Shown here: one piece after another, positions 12,851 to 24,100 of the stretch
How positions within the stretch are numbered: the first letter of the stretch is position 1
How the letters are laid out: the number at the start of each line of letters is the position of its first letter
NCBI GenBank assembly: GCA_032718475.1
Contig: JAUCBJ010005260.1
Coordinates: forward strand, 1 to 64,000
Length of the DNA stretch: 64,000 nucleotides
From: Nemertoderma westbladi
Lineage: Eukaryota; Animalia; Xenacoelomorpha
Reading direction: 5' to 3'
Position numbers and translations under genes: made by a program
The notes under the pieces: generated by a model
The model's input: the letters and a program-made list of their open reading frames with translations, nothing else
The model's database searches: none
Told to the model about the DNA's origin: nothing

Positions 12851-14161
12851 AGTTTATGCGATTATCCGCAACATTCATTCCCCAAGTTTGTTCCTACAGT
12901 AATTGTGTTTGTTATACATATCGCTATAGTTAAATTAACCCCGGTACTACACGGGCTGCTCGGCGTAGGTAAAGACTGGTGATTTTGTGCATCGGTCACT
13001 CCAGCAGATGCCGTGGTTCTTTTAGCTGTTCAAGTATATTTAACTACTGATTATCTGTTGTACAAGTACTCGTACCTAATTTAGGGTTTAGTGTACAGTA
13101 CTTTCCGAAGTAATTATTGTAGACATTATATCTGTGTTGTAAAGTGGTTGATAGGCACATTCGATTAGCTTTATTAACTTCTAGGTAGGAACACTCCGTG
13201 ATACATAACGTAGAACCTATAGCGATACGGCTATAGGTCGTCAGGCGGTGGTATTTTCCTATCTAGACAACGCAGTGTATTTACTACTACTTATTATTTC
13301 AAATACCGTAGTACCCTGTCCGTTGTAATAACCGGTTTTCTAACCCTTTGTTAGGCTGGTTTGTAGACTTCTTGTAAAAATACCCTAAAAATTCGTATTT
13401 GTGTTTTTGTAAATTTTTGTGTTTATTTAGAGATTGTAATCTCAACCCGAATTGTATGTAATTTGTAGTATTAAGTAACTTAGGTAAATTAGAATTATTT
13501 GTTTTAGTGTCCTATACGTAACACTTCACTGAAAGCGCACCGCTTTGTGTAGTGATTACCCCAGAAATAATAACATTTATTTCAAACATAGACAAAACCC
13601 ATTAAAACGGGTATATATATTATAAATCAAATCTAACGATTTATAAATAGTAGGCCTACCATACAACCATTAGGTCTCAATATCAGTTGGATTACTGCTT
13701 AAATAACGGTAATAAAGTAAGTTAAAGTAACCAAGTAAACCTAAAGTAACAGAAATTCAATTATTTGAAATAATTGACATACCGGTATTTACGATAGGCC
13801 TATTATCTTTATTTCTATAAATCTAGGCTGAAATTATACCGGTACTTGTAATTAATTCTATTTCAGAATTATATATCCTACAAACTGTAAGCTGTATACC
13901 GGTATTCCAGATAGGCCTATTATATATTTGTATATATTTGTGCTAAAATTATACCGGTATTCGGAGATAAACCTAGTCTGTAATAATACTTATATAGTTA
14001 TATATACTATAAGTATACCGGTATTCTAATATATTATATATATATCACGCTACATTGAGTAGCAGTACCGGTAATTAATTATTAGGCTAGCGGTTAATAC
14101 TGAGTTACTAGACTTGCTCGGACTGTAATACAGCAGTAGACATTCAACGGTATACATAGTC

Positions 14162-17100
14162 ATGTCTGATACTAAGCAGAACCTGTCAGACAGTATATTA
14201 GATGTAACTATTTGCGACTCAGATAGAGACGCACAACCGTCTGGTCGTAAATCCAGTTCACCTCCCACTGTGAGGAAGGTCATCCCTCCAGTAGTAATAA
14301 CAGAACCTAGGCTAGTCCAACATCGTAGGTCTATCATAGGCACTCGAGCTCAGGTCAAGCGGGACCAACAAGCAACGGAACAGCAACAACCCGCTAGTCA
14401 AGAACTTATTCCTCAGCGGCCCAGCAGCTCCAGTAGTGAGGATACTGTAGAGCTGACACCCGAGCGCGGAGCGGAGATGACGGATGCGGTTTATACGGAT
14501 CCCCTTCTCATCCTTCCTGCAGCCGTACTCAGCGGGTTATTGATCGCGGTGGAAGAACACCAGATCGATTGGGCGAGGAGTCAACGATCCACTAGAGATA
14601 GTTATGCGGGGTACACGAGGGAAGAATTGAAGTCTATTGTCGAGTCGCAATGGAACTTCCCCGGACCCGGACTCCCGTTTGATTTATCAGAAGCTACCTG
14701 GGAAGACATACACCGGATGGGAGTAGCCAAGGAAACTATCGATCCAGCTGTATGGAAGAGGTCCGCAGCCGGATACGCACAGGGATTCTTCAGCTCTATG
14801 GAGCGAGTAGAAAGACAACTATTTAAACAACCTCAAGGACCTCAAGAGCAGGAACAGCTGCTTTATCAAGTTAGAGAAAGAGTTCTGCGAATTAGGCTAA
14901 TCTTATCCGCCTTTGAGGAGGCTTCTAAAAGAAGACAAGACACGTTGTTGCAAGTTGCCGTAAAGACTTGGCTTCAAAGGGTGAGACGCCAGGTTCAAGG
15001 AGCAGCTCAGTGGAAAGTTCAGTTGGAGGAGCGCTCAACACAAGGAGAATCGACAGACGCTACTTTCTCCCAAGTGGAAGGTGAAGCGACGGCAGAGAAA
15101 CCGCATAAGAAGGATGCCATTGATATCTATCTGTCAGACTATCAGCGTTTTGTGGGAGATGAAGAGTTGAGGAGAAGGCTAGAGGGACTTAGCCCTAATA
15201 GCGAAGGAGCCAAACTTGTGTTAGATGCGATTGATGTGGATAGGTTAGCGGCGAACCAAGCTAAATTCGATGAACAACTCCGCATCGCTAGAGAAAAGGA
15301 AGAACAAGTAAGGAAAAAGCGTATAGAAGACAGAAAGATAGCAGCAGTGGCAGAGGCAGAAAGAAAAGCGGCAGCGGCAGAGGCAAAAGCGGCAGCGGCA
15401 GCGGCAAAAGCGGCAGCAGTGGCGGAAGCAGAACGAAAAGTGGCGGAAGCAGAACGAAAAGCGGCAGCGGCAGAGGCAAAAGCGGCAGCAGCAGAGGCAA
15501 AAGCGGCAGCAGTGGCGGAAGTAGAACGAAAAGCGGCTGAAGAGATCATCCAACTGGAGTTGGAAAATCTTCAAGAGAAGCAAGACGACTTCAGTAAACA
15601 GTTAGCAGCTAGTAATATGCAGATGATGAGTCGATCTACTCCCAAAAGACAAGGGTATACCTCATCTGAGGAAGGTGATACCACCGACACTGAAGGCGGA
15701 AGAAATCGATCTCGCCTAAGCAGACGTAAAAGAACATTCCACCGGCAGAAATTGCCTGATTTGCCTCCAGCTGTTAGAAGGCAACTAAATAACACCAAAG
15801 TAGGTAGTACAGAACCCACAGACCAAATGATTACAATAGAAAGACTCCCTACTATAGTAGATGAGCCTGAAATAAGTAGGCCTGTTTTTGAAATCACCCC
15901 TTCGGTAATGGATACGCCTGTGCTCCCTGAAGCTACCTATAAATTCCCTCTGCATAGCACTAAGCTACCTGTGCCCCGTAGAACTGCCCAGGAGACAGTT
16001 CAGGTCCTGGACCCCGAGCGAAATATTCCAATTTTGTCGCCCGTTGTCCCTCGTCGGCCCGCTACGACGTTGGCGGATCCCGTTTCGGCGGTTGATTGGG
16101 TAGACGAGAGACGGCGGGGGATGGATATTCTCCTCGGAGAGATGAAGGAGAATCGGAGACTCTCCTCCCAACAGGTCCGAGAGTTGGAAGGGACTGTCCA
16201 ACATTTAAAGGGAACAGTGAGGGAAAGTAAGTTAGAGTTGCAAGAAGTGCAGCAAAATATCGCGCTAGAGCGCGATAAATTAGTAAATTTACAAAAGGGT
16301 ATACCACCACCCCCTGTAACAATGTGTCAACCCGTTAGGTCTGAAGTATCTCATGCGCAAGGTGTGGAGCCTACACGCATTTATACTGCTAGCGAAGTAG
16401 AGACTCCTATAGTGAACACTATTAAGGGTAATTATAGACCTGTTGATAATGATATTCCCTATAGAACTGATCATAATCCGAGAAATTTATATACCGATAA
16501 CTCGATATTAAATAGCACGATGGCCCAAGAAAGTTTTACGCGTCAAATGGCTAGAACCGAAGCCCGGCAAGCGGTAAAGGTTGGAGAGATCGTCAAGTTC
16601 AATGGAGATGAGATGAAATGGTTACCTTTTAATGAATATTACAAAGATAACATACAGAACTCTGTACTATCTAATGGAGAAAAACTTAGATACCTCATCG
16701 AGTGCTTGGAAGGATCTCCCAAGTTAATGGCGTTAAAGTTTATTGGACATCCAGACGGATTAAGACAAGTTTGGGATACACTAAACATCAGGTATGGTAA
16801 TAGGAATAATATCGCTGGGTACTTGTATGCCAAGTTAGTAGCGCCCCGAAAGTTTATTAGTAGCGGAATTATCGAGTTTTCCGATGAGATCCAGGAGATC
16901 TGCAGACAATTAGACTGGCTAGGTAAGTCTCATGAGTATCAGAACACTATGGTTATTAGAGCAGTGGCTTCTACTTTACCGAAAGGTGGAGTAGGTACAC
17001 GCTGGGATAAGAAAGTACTATATATGATGGAACAACAACGACGAGACCCTACCATGGCTGATCTCATGTCATTCTTGGATGGTGGTTATTAGAGCAGTGG

Positions 17101-18414
17101 CTTCTACTTTACCGAAAGGTGGAGTAGGTACACGCTGGGATAAGAAAGTACTATATATGATGGAACAACAACGACGAGACCCTACCATGGCTGATCTCAT
17201 GTCATTCCTAGATGGAGAAGTGAAATTGCAACTCCTCAAGCAGTCTCGAGAGAAGACACCGGAAAACAAGGTAAGTGAAAAACCAGTCTCTAGGAGAAAG
17301 GTAACACCAGTGTGTTATACAGACGACGGCGAAAGCCAGACTTCTCAAGGAGAAGATAGCGGGAAGGACACTAATAGATCTTATTATGTCAATAAAATGC
17401 CTAAAGATCAGGTAAGTAAATTCAAGTCTCGAACAAATGACAGGAGGGAACAGGTAAGAAAAACTCCTCCCACGTCTCCCAAGAGAATTCAGGTGAGAAA
17501 ACCCGAAGAAAAGGCAAGTGTACACAATGTGACTCAAAACAAGGTAAGTAACATCAAACCAAAATGTGCGCTGTGCGACGGGACCCACTATTTGAATAGG
17601 TGTGATGAATTTCTAAAGAAATCATTAACGGAGAGACGCGAAGTCATGTGGGATAAGCGGTTATGTTATAATTGCCTCAGACAAGGACACCAACGGCGAA
17701 CCTGTTTCTCTGACATAAGGTGTGCAAAGTGTGGTGCGAAACATCATATCTTGTTGCACGCTGAATTCGATCGAAATAGTCCGAATCAGGTAAGTGATTC
17801 CGAGCTACATGTCCAATTCAGTGATGTGAACGACACTGATCAATCTGAGATGGAAGGATTCTATACAGACGAGTTCTCTGACGAAAACGAATCCTGTTAC
17901 ATGATAAATACCGCAGTGTATCGAGCACTCACATATGAAAGAGATACAGAGAACGACTTTACTCTAACTACTTCTGAACGACAACCACCTTGGAAAGAGA
18001 CATCCTCCAATGTAGGGATCCGAGAGTTTCCTGTGGTGCAGGTAAGGGTTCACGGACCTAAGAGGAGTTATGTAGTGAACGCCCTCCTGGACTCCGGCAG
18101 CACAGGAACATTCATCGATAAAGAGTTAGCCGAAGATATATTTGCTGGACAACCCAAGTTCCAAACTAAGCTCAATATGTCGGGCATTATGCAAGTTTGG
18201 AAATCTACAATAACAGCTGATTATTATGTCGGAGCGTTGTCCACCCCCCAGGACGAATTAGGAGAACACAGCATAAGGTCAGTGAAAATGGTGGCTATAA
18301 AGAACTTCGCTACTACTCAAGCAGACCTTTATGATTGGGACGAGGATGAGAGCATCCAGCATCTTAACATACCTCGATTCCAGACTGATTATCCTGGAGT
18401 GCAAATACTCATCG
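14162..18414 (+). pseudogene. gag: Gag-protease of element A, frameshifted and interrupted
   Basis: ORFs 14162-17092 and 17079-18419: BEL capsid-like KFNGDEMKWLPF...KLRYLIECLEG, three BEL CCHC fingers, protease ALLDSGS. A 133-bp tandem duplication (16951/17084) shifts the frame; element B inserts at ILI|G. Confidence 0.9.
15340..15540 (+). repeat. Coding minisatellite (AEAERKAAAAEAK)n in gag A
   Basis: gcagcggcagaggcaaaa-type repeats. Confidence 0.85.
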
Positions 18415-20337
18415 TATAGAATTATATTCCCTAAATGCCGTGGATTTTCAAAATTTTTATTTTATTCGAATTAACTTTGTAAAGATTGCTTTGAGTTCTC
18501 ATTAGTATTGGTTCTATCTATTGTGTATCTATCGGTCAAGTGGTTCAGTAGCTCAGTTGGTAGAGCGTTGGAAATTATATGTGTAGTAGGTATCGAGTTC
18601 GAATCCTAGTAAGTGCGAATTATTTTTTGTGCAGAATTTCAACTCATTTAAATTAACCGCTACAAATTAATTGCATTTGTCTGTACCAATAAGGCTGTAG
18701 TTATTTGATTGTAACCAATGTCGTGCAAGTTATATATTAGCTGGACCAATAAGCTATCTTTAAAACCTTGTTAGAACCCATAGAACAATCGAGAATTTTC
18801 TCGATTGATTGCAGCACAAATTTAGTATATAAAGGTGCGATTCGTTCATTAGTTATCAATCTCTCAATCTTGTATTTCAATCTATACTTCTCAGATTTAT
18901 TCTGTCGTGCTTAGTTTATTCTCAGATTACATTGTATTATAATTGTATCTTCTGTAATAAAGTCAGAATATTCTCTCAGTTTTTCTGTTTTACTATGAAT
19001 TCACTACGGTGAACAAACTCGGGGACAGGATGGCCAGCTAGAGATCGGGCCGCAGCAATGAACGGGAACATCACGGGAATGTAGACGAGAGACAACCCGC
19101 AATACCATCTAGTGTTATTCGCCCATCGCCTGAAAGGTTAGACAGCGTTCGATCCTTGCTACCTAAGTATAAGACCAAAAGATCAAAAGGTAGACGCAGT
19201 GACACGCTGTAAGCCCAAAATTACATCATAGGGACTGTACTGTCTTGATTCAGGAAAAAACCGCAGTAGACCTTCATATTCCTACGGGGGGAGGGAAAGC
19301 GCAGGCAGATACTAGTACGCAGATAGGACGTAGGCACACCGGTACAAGGCATACACATTGGTTAGGGTGCAGCAAACTGTACGCTTAACTCTTGCTAAGT
19401 ACAGGTGTGTGTGCGACTATTTGCCGTACAACGGTGTCCAGTGCATTAGAACTTGTAGGCTAGGGGGGTTGCTGTGTTTTCACCTGAATTGGGATTGTAC
19501 CGTTCAGGCGGTAGGGCAGTTTACGCTAGGCGCAAAATAAATTGAGGCTATCAGGGATATACTAACATCTACCGTGTCCCCGCCAACGCCCTAATAGGAA
19601 GTTACCCGGACTACCTGGGTGACTAAAATTCTAGATAGGAGCCAGGATAGCTATTAGTACCCGTACGCCTACAGTAGTAAACTAACACATCTCTTCTTAG
19701 TATCAGGGACCTGGTACCTAAAATTGCCGAATTCTGGGCGTAGTATTAACCTTATGCCTGAATTTGAGTCCTGGAAATACGCAAGAGGGGAAGGAACCTT
19801 ACCATTCGTGAGTATTGGACCTACAAGTTACAAATTAGAATATTCGTAAAATGCACACCGTACCCAGTAATTATATATGTGAAGGAGCAAAACTGCTTTT
19901 GACCGTTCAGAATTAACACACGCGCGTTAGAAATTATTTACACCTCAAAATATATAAAATTAACTTAGTCCGTACTGTGCTTTGCCCGCTAGTTAGACAT
20001 CTCCAAATCTGCTCTGTACCTAGCTAGCGTCCTTTCGCCCAACCATATAAATCACACCGCGGCAAAGTATACGAGCCTCTTAGTCCGTCAGTGAGTCAGC
20101 CTGATTTTAGGATTCGCTGCGCGGGATTTTGTTTTATCGAAGTTTGTCCGCTCGTAGACTGTTTTCTGCCTCACCGGTTAAAAGAGATAGATACTGCAAT
20201 ATATTCGCTTACTTAGGGTTTACTGTTTTGGTGAGAAGGTCGGATTTATGATTTGATTTACAAACTTTACAGTAGGATATTGCAGGTATTGTTACCGTCT
20301 CTTCCGATAGTAGGAATAGGCGTATCTCTCCAATTTA
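18415..20337 (+). repeat. 5' LTR of element B (TA...TA termini)
   Basis: Matches 33034-34956; one substitution noticed (about 18980 T vs 33599 C). Confidence 0.93.
18542..18628 (+). ncRNA. tRNA-derived Pol III unit in 5' LTR of B
   Basis: A-box TAGCTCAGTTGG(TAGAGC) 18549-18560, B-box GAGTTCGAATCC 18595-18606, T6 at 18623-18628; acceptor and anticodon stems do not pair. Confidence 0.65.
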
Positions 20338-20348
20338 GTAGGAATATG
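20338..20348 (+). promoter_or_regulatory. Non-tRNA primer-binding site of B (GTAGGAATATG)
   Basis: Exact reverse complement of LTR-internal 19275-19285 (CATATTCCTAC); starts at the first base after the LTR. Confidence 0.7.
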
Positions 20349-21144
20349 TTTTACTGAACTACGGTTTGGTAGGACTAAAGTTATTTGAAAATTTTGTATT
20401 TTGAGGTAAAAAATTTATATTTGATTAGCTAAGTGCTAATTTTTTGAAATAAAATTTGATTTGAACCGCGTGTAAAATATTTTGGAATTGAATACCGGTG
20501 TTTAAAAAGGGTTTAAATACCATATTGTACCGGTACAAAATTTCGTAAAGTAAAACCTAACTCTTTTGTTTTTCAGGATTCAGAACTCATTTCTAGACTG
20601 TAACGGGAGCAAGACCGTGTTTAGCAAGTTTGGGAGATAGATAACCCAACAACTTTGGTTGGGAAAATCGCGTTTCGTCCGCAACGTTAAAAACGGAAAG
20701 GTTCACGTTCGGTTTGTATCTGGGAATCTGTTTTTCTGGAGAATTATTGGAGTGGGTGAGTTCGAAAAGTTGCATAAATAAGTTAGGCATTACCGTATTA
20801 GTTAAAATTATTGTGGGTTCCACTGTCTCAAGTATTTATGCATTCCGTATGATTTCTTTGTTCATTGCTGAATTAGTCCGTATTATTGTATTTAATTTAC
20901 CTTTTGATAACGCATATCGTTATCCGATTTATTTGTTATAAAATTGGCCGCTAGGCTAATTTTATTATATACTTATTCCGTGACATTTATTTGCTGTAAA
21001 ATTGGCCGTTTAGGCTAATTTTATCCATCTGCTATAAAATCGGCCGGTAGGCTAATTTTATAAGACTGTAATTAGTACCGTTTTATACAAATACGGTAAA
21101 CTCGATACTTTGACACTCACTTCACTTGACTTACAACTACCGAA

Positions 21145-24100
21145 ATGAGTGACAAACAAGACTATACGAAGAATACACAAACCGACTATGACTCATGTGA
21201 CGCGGATAAGTCAGCAGCGGAAGAACAACAGGGGAAGACTCGCGAGCCTACCGAACCTACACCGTGTGCGTCACCAGTACATCCAACGGGAGTACCGGAT
21301 GCCGTAGTACGAGGCGACGGCAGGACCGAGGACTTTCTAACTGTTCCGCAACCTAGATACAGGGAAACGGAAATGGTAAGTTCAGCAGGAAGCACAGAGA
21401 GCGTGGTTAGAAGCGTCGGAGGTTACATGGCGCATATAACCAGGAGTATTGGAGAAGACCAACGCATATTAGACGGGTTGACCGCTCCGATGTCTCGATT
21501 CGAGTTCTACACCCTCCAGGTTAGAGTACAGAGTAAAGTATATAAGTCCGTAGATAATCTAGTTGGCCTACAAGATCTAGCTAGACAGAGACAGGACATG
21601 GATACTCAACTTAGAATCCTCGAGAAACTAATGATCACTAGAGAGAAACTGATTCAGTTTAAGTCGACGATTAGACAGATACAACAGGAACAAGCGGACC
21701 AGTTGTTAGGTGAGTCAGTTTCGGACGAATTATTACAGCCCGAGGAAGAACAGGAACTGTACCGACTGGATGGACAATTGAAACACCTGACGGACCACTT
21801 ACGCATGTGCGGCGAAGACGTCGGCGATTTAGAAACCGTGCCGGAATACACGAGGGAAACTCCATTCGCACAAATCGAATCGGCACCGGGAATACTAAAT
21901 CAATCGCTGGTAAGTATTCGTAGCGAAATCTGCGAGGGAAGTATGGTCACGTCAGAAGTTGCTCGACAACAGCAACAGTTCTACAGACAGCAACACGAGA
22001 TGGAAGAACAAGCTCAACTTCTAATGATACAAACAGCAGTAGAGGAAGAGAAAATACGTGTTGCGAATGTAGCGAGAATCTCTCATCTGCAGGAACAAGC
22101 CGAACTCGAAGCGGCCGAAATGGAAAGGTTAGAGTTGGACATTGCCCAACAAGCGGCAGCGGCCGAGTTAGCGCAACGAACGGCAACAGCCGAGTTAGAG
22201 CGACAAACGGCAGCGGCAGCCGCAGCGGCAGAGTTAGAGCGACAGACGGCAGCGGCCGAGTTAGAGCGACAAACGGCTGCGGCAGAGTTAGAGCGACAAA
22301 CGGCTGCGGCAGAGTTAGAGCGACAAAGATTAGTTTCGGAAGCCAGAGTCGAGATGAAGACACGGCAAATAAAAGCCCAACAAGCGATACGACAAGCAGA
22401 GTTCGAGGCGCAACAACAACAAACGGAACAACGAGAAAAGGAAGTTAAACTTCGTTTCGAACTTGAGAAAAGGGCGAGAGAATTAGCCGAAACTAAGGAA
22501 AATCTGGATCTTCTAGCCCGCGATCGATCGATGAGATCTCGTGACGGACATGATTTGGACCAGTTAGAGGTAAGACATCGCCAAATTCAGGAACGGAAGA
22601 AGGAAGGAAGCATAGGAGCACCCGGACGGGAACGACAATTAGTAAAGGACGTGTGTCAACGATTCCCACAGGTAACTCATATGTTTGCACCGGTTACGAC
22701 TAAGGAACCTGTTTCGATTGCGGGTAGTAGTGATATTTCTCCTATCCATGGTGCGACGGAACACAGGTTTGTTATTCCGAACGAGTTTATACCGCCAAGA
22801 GCAACGTCGTCGCCCATTCCGAAAGTCAAGGTAAGTAACCCACCGATTACAGATCGTAGTAGTTTATTAGTCAGACCTGCACTACTGACGACAAAACAGG
22901 TGAGTCCACCTTTGACACCTAAACCCGTTACGCACTACGATTACCCAATGACATTTCGGCCTACAAGGCCTTTGGATTCAAACGCGGTCGTCCGACCACC
23001 ATTCAATCAGTTTACGTCGCAATCTACGACTTCGAGGAAGACTTGTGAGCCTACCGAACAATGGAGAACAGTGGATACGCGACCGGTTCAGTTTACGTCG
23101 CAATCTACGACTTCGAGGAAGACTTGTGAGCCTACCGAACAACGAAGAACAGTGGACGATGTTCCGAAACGAGCCGTTAGAATTCGAACGACGCAACGGA
23201 CGCGAGCACGTCGACCACCATATCCAGATGATAGTAGTACTTCGAGCGAATCGGATTACCCGAAACGCGAGGTATTTAGAACAGGGGCGGCCGATGAATA
23301 TAAACGCGAGCGTTCAGACAACTCCTTTGCAGACAATCCTCCACAGAATACACCAACACAGAAGGCGTTACAACCAACGGACGCAATTAGTACACAACAG
23401 TTCGCCGACATTCTGCGACCAGTTGTCAACAAGTTGGCTCAGATTGAGGAGCGTCTGGAGGAAGTTCAAACCGATAGTTCGAGGAACACCGAATTCGAAC
23501 ACAATAGACACCCGAAGGCACCACAAAGACCGGTACCTTCAAACCCCACATCGTATCAGGGAAAAGCGCCTAGAAGGGAGAACATCAACCAGGTTACCAA
23601 CCAAGGACGCGAAACTCTGAACGTTGCAGAGGAGATAGCGAAATTCGCAGCCAGACAGGGATTGCCGGTACAACAACCACCGAAGTTTTCCGGTAGCTCA
23701 AAACACTGGCATACCTTCGTAGACTATATCGAATCCCAGATCGCCGTGTGCGCCTTTACATCACGGGAGAAGTTCAATTACCTGCTCCAAACGTTGTCAG
23801 GAGAACCTAAACGTTTGGCGGAGACTTTCGTTGGTGTACCGGACGCTTTCGAACTAGCGTACGATCGTTTGACTTCGATATACGGAGGTACAGTGAGTAT
23901 GGCCAGGTCAGTAATAGAGGAACTCTGTAAGGGAGGGGCTATCACTAAACCCGTCGACTTACTAAAACTGGCTGACGAGATTAAGAACGCTATCACTACC
24001 TTAAGATCAATTGGACAACTTGATTACGGGAATACCCCTACAGTTCTATTAAAGATAATAGGACGACTCCACCATCGACTTCGTCGGGGGTGGAGGAAGG

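Noticed and set aside
16951-17216. Programmed gag/pol frameshift in A
   Set aside because: The shift is fully explained by a 133-bp tandem duplication; relative B has a single ORF.
18542-18615. Functional tRNA gene in the LTR
   Set aside because: Only D-arm and T-arm boxes are retained; acceptor and anticodon stems do not pair.
20352-20359. LTR tRNA-like RNA as the element's own primer (GTTCAGTA pairs with TACTGAAC just past the PBS)
   Set aside because: Only 8 nt, involves the RNA's 5' end, is offset from the LTR boundary, and has no counterpart in C.
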